Positions 1 through 11,397 of a stretch of DNA of 35,518 bases are shown piece by piece. The stretch's first letter is position 1; every line of letters begins with the position of its first letter. Source of the DNA: Catajapyx aquilonaris (lineage: Eukaryota); contig KZ538223.1 in NCBI GenBank assembly GCA_000934665.2, forward strand, positions 62,001 through 97,518, read 5' to 3'. A program made the translations under genes and the position numbers. The notes under the pieces were generated by a model. That model searched no databases, was not told the origin of the DNA, and saw only the letters and a list, made by a program, of their open reading frames with translations.

Positions 1-370
1 TCTACCTGTGTACCAACAAAACAGATTTGAAGTGTTATATTGATAATATTTTACAAAAATTATTAATCCTAATGTCTGCAAAGGATATCTGTGCCACATT
101 CATATTCCAGTGACCTCGACAATGACATTCACCGATATCACATACTCATCATACGTTGTATACACCTTCTGACACAAAGAGAAAGGCCACGGAAAGATTG
201 CTAACAAATCTGTTATACTCACGCGAAAATGTGGGTCATATGAAAGATAACACGTATAGTACACGGAAAAGCTAACAAAAAGTGAGTGGCTAAACTTACA
301 AGCTCATTTTCAGATGTTAATTTGCGAATCCTTCCGGATGCAAAATAATGCAAATGACATTCACAAGGTA

Positions 371-571
371 CACTCTAAGAAATGACCTGGTTAAATGTAT
401 TTATCCCTGATAAAAGATCACTTTTGTCATGGTTATTTAACCCGGACATTTGTTAGAGTGTATACACTCTAACAAATGTCCGGGTTAAATAACCACGACT
501 AAGAAATGTCCGGGTTAAAAGTGATCTTTTTTCCGGGATAAATACATTTAACCCGGACATTTCTTAGAGTG
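371..571. mobile_element. Inverted (tail-to-tail) dimer of a 90-bp MITE with CACTCTAAGAAATGTCCGGGTTAAAT TIRs and TA TSDs (copies 371-460 and 465-571)
   Basis: Seen: TA-CACTCTAAGAAATG...TGTTAGAGTG-TATA-CACTCTAACAAATG...TTCTTAGAGTG-TA. The second copy is the reverse complement of the first plus a ~17-bp internal duplication of TIR sequence. A monomer occurs at 2947-3036. Confidence 0.85.
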
Positions 572-2946
572 TAAAGAGAGAATTTGAATACTCATCCTGA
601 AGCAAGAATCACACAGATTAAGATCTTCAAAAAAAATTTAATTATGAGCAGAACATATAGTGAGAATGTAGCCGTGTAGTGTTGGTAAACGTAATTACAG
701 TAGTTACGTCAACAGATCCTTAGTATTGTGTACTTTCGCACTGTACACAATAATTATCACTGAGGATTCACATTGAATGAGTGTCGAGTAAGACAAGCTC
801 ATAAGTAGGCCTATAGTGTGAAAAAAACCACTCAAAATATGAAAATTCGCAACTAATTCTTATACTTACTCGTATTCATATCACCACACGATGTGTCCTA
901 ATAATCCGAATGCACTTTTCCACTCAGCATTGGCACCCCCAAAAGAATTCAAGTTTTCCACTGCACTCTAAAGCAATCCGGCCACTAAGGATGTGATGGG
1001 GCAAAGTGAAGAGAAGCAAAAGACTCAACATAGGTCACCACTGGAGGGTTTGTGTTCCCATCTGGCTAACCAGTTTGATTGTTCTCTCTCTCTCGGAAAG
1101 AAACGCGGCGATGACCCCGTATACGTACGACACCTTTTTTTTTCTTCTTTCCACATGTTGAACTTGTACGTGACTAGTAAGCGAAATTCGATGGCCAACC
1201 TAGCTTTAGGTCACACAGCTTTTCTTCCTCTTTTTGTTACATACTGTAATTTCGTTGCCGCCATAAAATCCTGTGTCGATAAAACAAAACGGTACGGGAC
1301 ATTCACCGCAAAGGGGCACTTGCTCTTCGAAAAAACGTGTGTGAAACTTCGTTATTATATAGGGTAGAAAGATAATTATTGGAAGCAATTTGTAGCAGGG
1401 AAGTCAATTAAACATACAGGGTTTTATAGCAGAACACTTTTTACTTGTACGAGTTCAATATTTTTTGACTAACTTCTCCAGTATGTTCACTCTACAGAAA
1501 ATATCAATTACTTTTTTTAAATATATACCTGTCATTTTAAGAAAATTACATAACCTATGATAGCATGATGAATAATTGTTGATATCGTGTTAACCTCATG
1601 TTGTAATAACCTGATTCATCACAGCCTGTTTTTATTACATTCTCTCTTATTAATATACCATTATTATGATGCTGTCAGTCCTATAAACATACACATGCAT
1701 AATATAAAAAATTACATAATCTCTTCCATTGCGTGACTTTTGTACTGTGTAGCACATAACGTGTATACAAAAAAACAGCATATATTTTACACTAAAGTCT
1801 GCGAATCTGGCCACCTTCTGTGTAGTTATTCACGTTTATCATTGAACTCTTCCTGTACATGTTATCCGACCAACAAGGCAACCAACAATGCAACCCTTGA
1901 CCTAAAAAAAAGTTGGGACTCAGCTACAAAAACCAGATCTGCCCACTAGTTTTTCTACTTGGCTCGTGTATACTTACTTTGTCCTTGACTCTACTTCCCA
2001 ACCTGCTATAACAATCACGTGCAGTTTTAATTAGCGCAAAAAAGTTATAATTTAATATCACTCGTGCGTACACAGTATGGTGAATATTAAAGGAAACACT
2101 ACCGGAATAAGACAATTTGGCCTCAGTCACATTACACGATTGTTCAATGTCATTTTTTTATTTCAAAAAAAAATGAATACGTGGAAATTTTGAGTCCTTC
2201 ATTCTTCGTGACCTTTCCTGAAGAACATGAACGTGCAACAACAGCGTAGTGTCTATGTAACACTTAATTGCTTTAGGTAATATAATATATTTTAACACTT
2301 TTTCCCACGAATTTACGCAATGAAATGCACAAGAAAATAATTCCAGAAATTCCAAGAAAATTCACAAGAAATCCACACACACATTCAGAATTTGTTTAAA
2401 TCGGCTGTTCCAAATATTTCAAAATTTTCAAATACACTTGTTTAAATTTGAGCCGAACAATATATTCTCTCACACGTTTTTTCTCCAATAGCCATTGATT
2501 TTTTTGCATTCCACACATTTAATTATGCAGGTAGCACAAATGATAGGGTAACACATAACGGTATTTTTGATTTCCTTCGTCCCTTTTTAAAACGATCCTG
2601 TTTTCCGAATGGATACACGTGGCCCAGTAAACAAGTTTCTTCCAACGGAATTCCTCAGAGTGATTTCAACATAAGGCAAAAGCGGTAACCATAATATTTT
2701 TAAGCAATTAATTTTTAAAGATAGATATCAGCTGGTCGATTTGTTTCAGTATTTTCAAATATAGGAAGGCCATACGCGGGTTTAATCATTGAGCTTAAAT
2801 TCATGTGGATAAAATAGTCTCACACGCAATGTCTTACGCTGGAATTTTATCAAAATTCAAGGACCTAACAAATTACACTCATTCTAATACAAGTAACTGC
2901 TTACTGAAAGCTTAGTTAAAATATGTAACCGAAATATATTGAGCTA

Positions 2947-3036
2947 CGCTCTAAGAAATGTCCGGGTTAAATGTACTTATCCCGGAAAAAATATCACTTT
3001 TGTCATGGTTATTTAACCCGGACATTTCTTAGAGTG
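2947..3036. mobile_element. 90-bp MITE, same family as 371-460
   Basis: Seen: ~26-bp TIRs (CGCTCTAAGAAATGTCCGGGTTAAAT / ATTTAACCCGGACATTTCTTAGAGTG), TA on both flanks, same length and internal sequence as 371-460. Confidence 0.85.
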
Positions 3037-6000
3037 TAGGTGCATTTAAATCTATTGCAATCTCATGAAAGCAATTGGATTCACACGTGCTAAATTACTC
3101 GACAAAAAATTGAATAATATTCACCAATATGTTAGTTGCAATGTTTTCTGAACACCTATAGGAGAAAACTTGCGTCAAAAAAACTTCCGTCGGTACTTCT
3201 TGTTGAGCGAAAAATGACGTGTCAAATTTTTCATCAGCTCTCCGGAAGACACGGCGTCAGAAAAAAACACCTTAAATGAAATATGATGACACTTTCATTT
3301 CCGCGCATTGTTTACTAGAATTCAACAAAAATCTGGGCGAGAAATCTTGTTGCTAATTGGCCTCATCACGAAGGGATGCTTGGGAGTAGTTCACATCCGC
3401 AAAGAATGACAAATATGGTAAAACTCACTTAAGCATAGACGACAAATGGGTCGAAATTGATGATGAAACCATGCAAAAAAAAAGAGGGTTGTGGAATAAT
3501 TTGTAGCAAAATTTATGAGGCATGACTGCACATGCATGTGATTTTCACACAGATCAAAGGCTGCATGTGCCAAAATAAACTATAGTATTGCCCAGATTTG
3601 CATCGGGTTACGCCAGCATCCGCTTGAAGCAAATATTTTGCTTTTTTTCTCAACAAAACGATGAGTCAAAGGGCGTATTCGATCATCTTATCATATAATA
3701 TCAGGCGTTCAATTAATAATTTAGTGCGTCTTAATGGGCACCAGATAATTTATTTTATGCATCAAATGAACAGTGTTATGCAATAGTGAGTCAACCCACA
3801 TGAGACCAGCTTTGAATGTCACAACCTGTGAAGTAAATTCAAGTGTCATTTTCGGTCATTTACAGGCAGATGTATGCAGATTTCGCCAGATTGATTTTAA
3901 CTGATTGAAGTACTTTCCTTTGGGTACTGTATAATTATATTCCTATGGGCTTAGCGCAATTTTGACATAAGTTATTAGTGGGCTGACACATTATTGCATA
4001 ACACCATCCAAATACGAGCCATCAAAATCGAAAAAAATATATACTGTATACGGTATCATCCCTCGTTTGTCGAGTTTGAAGTGCAGGCATCACAATGCAA
4101 TTTTAATATTTAATAATTAATTTAAAAAATTAATTAATTCAAAATGACAATTTAAATTGTAGCCTAGTTACTACTCTTGTTATTTAATTCGAAATAGTTC
4201 TTACCTACTACACGTTGAACTCACGCACTGCCGCGTTGTCAAACGAACCCGAGTGACCTGTTGGGCCGTTGGCTCCTTAATAAACACTGCCTGGTTGCTC
4301 TATAGTGACTAGAGCAGTGGCATTAAAAGATGCCTTTCCGACCGGTTTGGGAAGAATAACGCACGTTAAGGGGCTCGTCTTTTTTGTTGTCGGTTTGCTT
4401 TGCCCTTTTTTTGACGTCCGTTTTGTCATAATGATAGTTTTCCGGTTATGACGTGTTTTGGAAGCTGACTTTTACACGTGGAGTGCAATTAGGTCTAATT
4501 GGCACAACCGAAAACTTATCAGCTAAATTAATTTTTTTGATAAACCCTAACAGTAGCTATTCAAGGGTCAAAAATTCTGACAATCATTCTTCAAATATTT
4601 TATATTATGTAGCTATATTTCATGCAAGACTCTGGACTTACTGCGTGTGAGAAAGTAGTTTGCACATGTGCTATTGTAATAAATAATGAAGCAATAGTGT
4701 CGCGTACAATATGGATGAAACACTTTCCCACGGTTCTATAATAGCCTTTTCTTTGTTAGAGATTCGCCAAAAAGGGCGCAAAAATTGGGCATGTGTCTTT
4801 CATTAATTATATGGTGCGGTTGTGAATTTAAATTATTCTCAGGGCTCAATAAAAATAAAAACGTCTCTGAATATCTCGTTATTCATCGCCGCGTTGCGAA
4901 GTTTTCAGGCAATAAATTAATGAGGAAATTTTGCTACTAGATATATATATATTTTTTTCTTGATAGCTCACTTTTTTTTGTAAGATCCATTGTGCAATGA
5001 AAATCATTAGAACGCTATAATTAGAGCGAATTTGAAATATTATTTGAAGCCTTTTGGCTATTTCCACGTTTTTGCTGACACAAATGTTACAAACTAAAAA
5101 ATTCAATACAACTTTAGCTGTAACACAGTCAGTTTTTGTAAATTGCACGTATATACATACAGACACTGTATTTTGAGTCACACAATGCTCTTGTAATTTA
5201 AAATAATATTCTACGTAGTGTGTTATCCTCTGTTATTAACCCTGGTGCAAACTTGCTACTCCGCATTTGAGATGTGATGATTCTGATAGTCATGCATCTC
5301 TGGTCAGGGGATTTCTATCTGACGCAAGTTCTAGGAGTAAAAAAAAAAAATTCCGAGTAGCGTGTGAGCTAGCATGATTATATGTGATACAAAAAATTGC
5401 ATCCTGACTTGTTATTTTAAGGGGCGAATAAATTCCCCTTGCATGATGCTTATGCACTGGGTTAATTTAATTAATATATCAATCATTTATTTACACTGTT
5501 GGAACTTTTTTGAAATGACATTACTTAATTATTTCCACGTAAAGGAAGTAAATTGGATTGGCATGCATGAAACTCACCTGTTTTTTTTGTCTCTGTCGCC
5601 TTTTTCCTCTGATATTTTTATACCTGGAATCTCCTTGATTTTTACTGGAAGTGTTCATCTCCCTTATAATAATATTGTTTGAGAATAACTCTTAATGAAT
5701 ATTTGCTCTGTCTGGTTAAATTAATGCTTCTCAATAAATATTATTACTAGTGTGTCTAAGCAGTCTTAAGCAGGAAATTGTCAAGCACTGTGTTCAACAG
5801 GCAGATAAAATTATAGGCCTCTATTGCAGTAATTTTAATACACTATTATTTTTGATATTATTCTCAACCACATCAGAGTAGCACATTTTCTTCAAAAATT
5901 ATAATAGTATTCCTGATAACTTTGCATCAAAAAATGTAATCAGAAATATACACACGGTTAGTAATATTGAGTCGATGAGATTTAAACGGATCCAACTTTT

Positions 6001-7758
6001 TCATTTCAAAAATCATCCAAAATAGTTGGACAATATTATGCTGAAGGCGTAAGTGAACAGTATGGTTGCGTCATAATTTATGCTGATCTCATGGTAACAT
6101 CTACTTGTTCTCCGAAGTTACATCTCGTCGTTACAAAATAAGAAAATATAGGCCTACATATTACACCAGACCGGTTTCACATTGTATGTCATTGAAAATG
6201 TCAGTGATCAACAGCATTTACGTAGTTGTGGTAATGTATAATGTGACTTAAATGGTTTTTTTGTTCTTGACTTACAAGTTATACTGAAGGATATAATGGT
6301 TCTTATATAAGGCCTTGCTCACACTGTTTTGTACGCTGTACTTATAGATCAACATATTTCGTGTGCAGAAAAGATGTAATAAGATGCAGAAAGTCATTAT
6401 TTTGTGATTAATTTTCATACTTGATATGGATTTTTTCTGGTGGTCAAGTCTGATTTAAAAAAAAGTATTACACCCCACTATGAATGTTATTTTGAGAAAT
6501 CACATAATAATTATGCAATCTTCAAACTTCACCTTCTCATCAGGTATAAAAAGTGACTGAATTTCATGTCTTCAGCACTTACTGAGAGTGTGTGCAATTC
6601 TGCAAAAGTGCGACACTTTAAAATGAGAACGACACAATTTGTATAACGGCCAGTTGAGTCAACACAATTCGGTATTATACATTGTTGATAATAATTACAC
6701 AGTTAGCCACGTTATCCGCGAGTTTGGTTTTAAGGCCTCCCATTAGAAAGTACACACAACATTAAAACATCACAAACAATTACCATTAAAATAACATAGC
6801 TACGTATAACAATACAATATCTGTACTAAATAATACATGTCAGACTCTAAATTTCATACTTTGTTTTGCATTCATTTAATATTTTCAAACCGCGAATAAC
6901 TGTGGGAAATTTTCCTTTAATTTGCATTCACTCAACTGCATAAAAGCGCATAAAAATTTATTGCACCAATTTTAATAAAACATACCACATTTTCTATGGT
7001 GCAGAGTACACGAAGCAGTGCAAACAATCATTATGCAAATAAAATCATGCCTGCCTTTAACAATGATGTGGTGTCCTACTTCAAAAATGAAGGTGTCACA
7101 ACCACGTTATTCGGTCACTATTGCACCTTTGGTTCACACTTCTTATACTCCTTGCTAATGAAGAATATGAGGCAAGCACATCCGCTGGCCGGATCCTCTC
7201 ATCCACTACTGGGAAGAATCACAGCTTCGTGGTCAGAATAGGAAAATGTGCGGAACTTGTTTTGTCCGGTCTGCACAATCATTATATAAGTTACAAGACC
7301 TTGCAACAGATCTTCTTTGACGGAACATATCTCACGAATAAAAAGTGCGAAATATTCACGCAAAGTGTCATTGGAGACCTATAATTTAAATATGTGTAAC
7401 ACATGAAAATGGCCACGTGTTTTTCATGGCCCTGTTGAATGAAACCTTTTAATTGGGAATTTTTGGGAAAGTAAGACCCCAAAAATCATAACTGCTCTCC
7501 CTTCTACGAGAAAAATGTGCAAATTCGAGCGAGTAATGAAGGGGGCCCCGCGCCTGTCTTTGGCTCCGGGACCCGCGACCCATACGCCCCAGGAGCAACT
7601 ACTTTTAGAATAAAATATTAGTCACTGATGACCCCTACATGCGATTTTAAACGGCGTTATTGTTTAATAATAATATTATACATTGTTTCTGAATAACTGC
7701 CCAAGTTCTTGTAAACAGTTTGTACATAAGTAGCATCACAAACACACAGACACTGACA

Positions 7759-10700
7759 CTATTCCTCTTTGGGACACAGCGTCTGTGTGACATCCAGACT
7801 CTCCTTGGGGATGTCCTTGTCTCCCCATCCCCAGACCGGATGACTCCCGTCCCCTGTTCGTTGAGCCCTCCTCTTGACCAGGTCAGAGGGCACAGTCTTG
7901 AGGTCGTAGGCCAGCCCCAGCTTGGCCATGAGGTCGATGAAGGCTGTGGTGACATTGTACCTGTAGAAACCTAGCTCCGATGTCTTGTAGTCCCAGGGAA
8001 ACACGTGGTGATAGTTGTGCCATCCTTCGCCCACTGCCAGCACTGCCACTATCACGTTTTCAACAGGATTCATGAACCTGGACAAATTGGGAATTATAGT
8101 TCACATTTAATTATTCGTAATAGTTAATTAGCAACAGTCAATTAGCTCATTAGTTAACAGTTACGTACACTGCTGAACCTCAAAACATTAAAAGCGCATC
8201 ACTGGTGAGTCGTCTCTCATGGAATATGATCTTGTTATGCTTTTAGCAACAAAAAAGCATCACAAGAGCATTAGAAGAGCATTAAAAATTGATATTCCAT
8301 AAGAGACTCACCTGTGATGCTCTTTTAATGTTTTGCAGTTTAGAGTGTAGTTATAGCTAATTAGTAACAGTTACTAGTCATGAGATAAGTAGTAACAGTT
8401 CTAGTAATTGGCTAAACAGTAGCCACAATAGTTACTTAATAATAATAATAGTTAACAGTTAATTCGTAATAGTTAATTAGCAACATTTAATAGCTATAAT
8501 TCTAATAATAGTTACTTAACAACAGCTAATTAGTAATAGTTACTTAACATCAGCTAATTAGTCATAGTAACTTAATAACTACCGAAGCAGGTTGGCATAG
8601 TGGATAGGGCGTCCGCCTGCTAATCGGGAGGTCCTGGGTTCGAATCCCGGGGCCGGCAACCCTGACCGTGGTTTTCTGTGGTTTTCCACGGTCTTTCTAG
8701 GATAATTCCGGGGTCGCTTCCGTATATAATAGGCCACAGCCGCTTCCTTCCTTCCTTCCCTATCCTTGGAGGTTGAAAGGCAATGCTGGGCCAACCTCCT
8801 TAATATCAATTATAAAGTAACTTAATAACAGCTAATTAGTAATAGTTATATTTAGTAACAGCTAATTAGTAGCCCTGATAGTTATACTTAATAACAGTTA
8901 ATTAGTAATAGTTATACTTAATAACAGTTAATTAGTAATAGTTATACTTAATAACAGTTAATTAGTAATAGTTATACTTAATAACAGTTAATTAGTAATA
9001 GTTATACTTAATAACAGCTAATTAGTAGCCTTAGCAGTTATACTTATTAATAAATTCTGAATAAATTACTTAACAATAGCTAATAATAAATAATAAATGA
9101 TCAGTAGGCTATTAGCTATTAGTGATGACTGCTAGCAAGAGCTAATATTAGCTCTTGCTGCTAGTAATAGTTAGAACTGGGCAAAACTGTCTGCGGGGCC
9201 CGCGACTGTCCACGTATAGTACCATAACTCGCTGATAGATGGCGTATTCTCCCTCTCTGCACGCTACTGCCCCCTACCGCCATTTTCAGTGTCATGCGGG
9301 GGAAAGTGGAAGACTATACTACGTGCCCCTCCGGACAAACAGAGGCACAGACTCAAGCCAATTCTGTACAATCATAAAGATGAACCTTATCCTCAACAGT
9401 GAGGTTTTATTAAAGTATTATTAAAATTAAGATGGATCTCACCCTAAAAGGCCGCCTGTTCCTATATGTTATGATGGGTTAATAAATTATTTTGGTGCCT
9501 CTTTGCTTGGTGATACTGTACCTGTCGTAAGGTCGAGTGCCCCATAGATGGGCAGCACTGTTGACCAGCCAAGTGAAGTGTAAGGAGAGCACATATCGAA
9601 GCGCAATCCCAGTGTAAAACAAGTCCACCCAACTCTCCGAGGTCAGTCTGGACAGAATGATAAAAGGAGGCACGAACATTCCGAACAAGGCCAAGTATGG
9701 GTAGTGCCTGTTGAGAAGGAGAAAAATATATTAGTAATTATTGCAAAATTACTATTAATTATAGTACTTTAGTATTGCACACGAATATGGAGCATTGAAA
9801 TGAATTTTTGGCCCGAATTCCATTGTAATGGTGCGAAATGAAGGTAAAATTATTTTTGCAAGGCCATTTGATGGACTAGCCATGTCCTTCGTGATCTGTT
9901 CATGAACCAGGAAGAATGCCGCCTTTACACGTGTAGCAGGTTATGACTCATAGTTCAACGCTTTCATTGACGCAATTGAATATAGGGAGTGTCCAAATTA
10001 CACCACCATTACGTATAACTTACGGCCGGTTCAAAATATGACTGCGATTTTAACACGATTTTTTGAAGAGCGCAACCGAACACTCGCGCAGCTCCATTGT
10101 TCCGTCCAAGCTGCGCGAGTGTGGGTGCGCACTCGGTCAAAACTGTTCTTTTTTAATTATTTTATTTTTATAAGGATTCAACCTGTGCTGCCACATGACT
10201 AGTGGATCCGATTCCAGGTCACTCATGTCCACCAGCTTTCCCTTTTCTCTAACATCCGGATGCTTTTTACACAGGAGCCAACCCATATGAGCGAAGAAGA
10301 ATCCTCTCCGAGCATTATGGGGGTCGGCATTGGTCTCGGTGAACTTGTGGTGCACCCTGTGGTCTCTCACCCACTCATACATTGAATTCTAAATCAGAAA
10401 AAAAATAATGTGAATTATTAACAAGCAATCATTATTATCATGTTATACACCTACCTGAACTGCAACTGTTTGAAGAAAAAGAAGTAGGATTTTAAGAGGT
10501 GTCCTGGCTTTGTAGGATCTGTGTGCCCAAAGCCTGTGAGCACCCGCTGTGATCCCAAAGGACACCACTATTGAATATGCATAACCTGAAGAAGAAAAAA
10601 AACATCCATAATTATTAATTTATCATACGTCTCAAAATTTAATTTGAAGCATAACTTGCAAATTTGTTATTATTGCTCAAGAAATCAAATTGTAAGTATA

Positions 10701-11397
10701 CAAATTACTCAAATAATTGAACTGATAATTAAATATTTTTGTAATAAAGAACCAATGACAAACCTATCCAGAAGCTGATAAATTTGACATCTCCTCTGAT
10801 AAGTTTGAGTACACCGTGTAATGCAAGGGCGTGGAGAAATATTGCGAATATCACATTTGGCCACACTATTTCTGGCGGTGGACACGGTTCTAAAGGAACT
10901 GCTGTCCGGTCCTTTCCGCTCATGTGTTCTTCGAATTCTTTGTCTTCTTGACTTAGAACTCCTGTGAACTGCTGCATGGCTGATTGTGAAGAAGGGACGC
11001 TCTTCTCTCGCAAATAAATTTTTCTGCAATTATCAGGAAAATGTCAGTATAAAATATTGTTCACTCTATAAAGACCTGTTGTGTGTGAAGTAAAATTAAG
11101 GAAAATATTATTTATTGTTTCCCTCTAGTATGTTATTATTTTGTGTACTTATCAGCTAAGTTGTTGAAATGTGTTAAGTACACAGAATAATAACATAGGC
11201 GCACTGGAATGCAATAAAATTTCAAATAAAATCTACAATTAAATGTCGGATGTGCAATGAAAATGTTTAGACATAGATTAATATTTCCTTTATTAATTTC
11301 GTTCATCCACAACTAGTCCTTAGATCACTTACTTATTTTCTGACTGTTGCTTTCCAAGTGTGATTTTAACTTGCACCGACGTCTTTGTTGATGCCAT
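7759..11397 (-). CDS. Fatty acyl-CoA desaturase (delta-9/stearoyl-CoA desaturase-like, insect Desat family), 6 coding exons, 388 aa
   Basis: Exons 11397-11333, 11023-10764, 10585-10455, 10388-10183, 9707-9522 and 8077-7759. All introns are GT-AG with compatible phases; total 1167 nt ending in TAG. The protein has His boxes HRLWAH, HRVHH and HNYHH, plus TNADPHNARRGFFFAHMGWL, DMSDLESDP, TWLVNSAAH, GEGWHNYHHVFPWDY and C-terminal RTGDGSH..WGWGDKD, all diagnostic of membrane acyl-CoA desaturases. Confidence 0.96.
8168..8347. mobile_element. MITE with ~55-bp imperfect TIRs (CACT...AGTG) and TA TSD, in the last desaturase intron
   Basis: Seen: left CACTGCTGAACCTCAAAACATTAAAAGCGCATCACTGGTGAGTC matches the reverse complement of right GACTCACCTGTGATGCTCTTTTAATGTTTTGCAGTTTAGAGTG; TA on both sides. 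Confidence 0.75.
8350..9050. repeat. AT-rich minisatellite; 30-bp unit GTTATACTTAATAACAGTTAATTAGTAATA, four perfect copies at 8881-9000 with degenerate copies around, interrupted by the SINE
   Basis: Seen directly as tandem repeats; related degenerate units also occur at ~8110-8165. Confidence 0.85.
8580..8815 (+). mobile_element. tRNA-derived SINE with a locust Lm1-like conserved body
   Basis: Seen: A-box TGGCATAGTGG, B-box GGTTCGAATCCC, body GTGGTTTTCTGTGGTTTTCC...AGGCCACAGCCGCTTCCTTCC, and a 14-bp flanking direct repeat AGTAACTTAATAAC (8566-8579, 8816-8829; it lies in a minisatellite, so the TSD is less certain). Resemblance to Lm1-type insect SINEs is from memory, not a search. Confidence 0.85.

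Noticed and set aside
993..1367. 124-aa ORF
   Set aside because: No motif, homology or splice evidence; likely a chance ORF.
8584..8660. tRNA gene
   Set aside because: A/B boxes are present but there is no proper acceptor stem, and it continues into a SINE body with a TSD. The same applies to 22518 and 33206.
8821..9030. Regular 30-bp repeats resembling a CRISPR array
   Set aside because: Head-to-tail units with no unique spacers, no cas genes, and located in a eukaryotic intron: a minisatellite.
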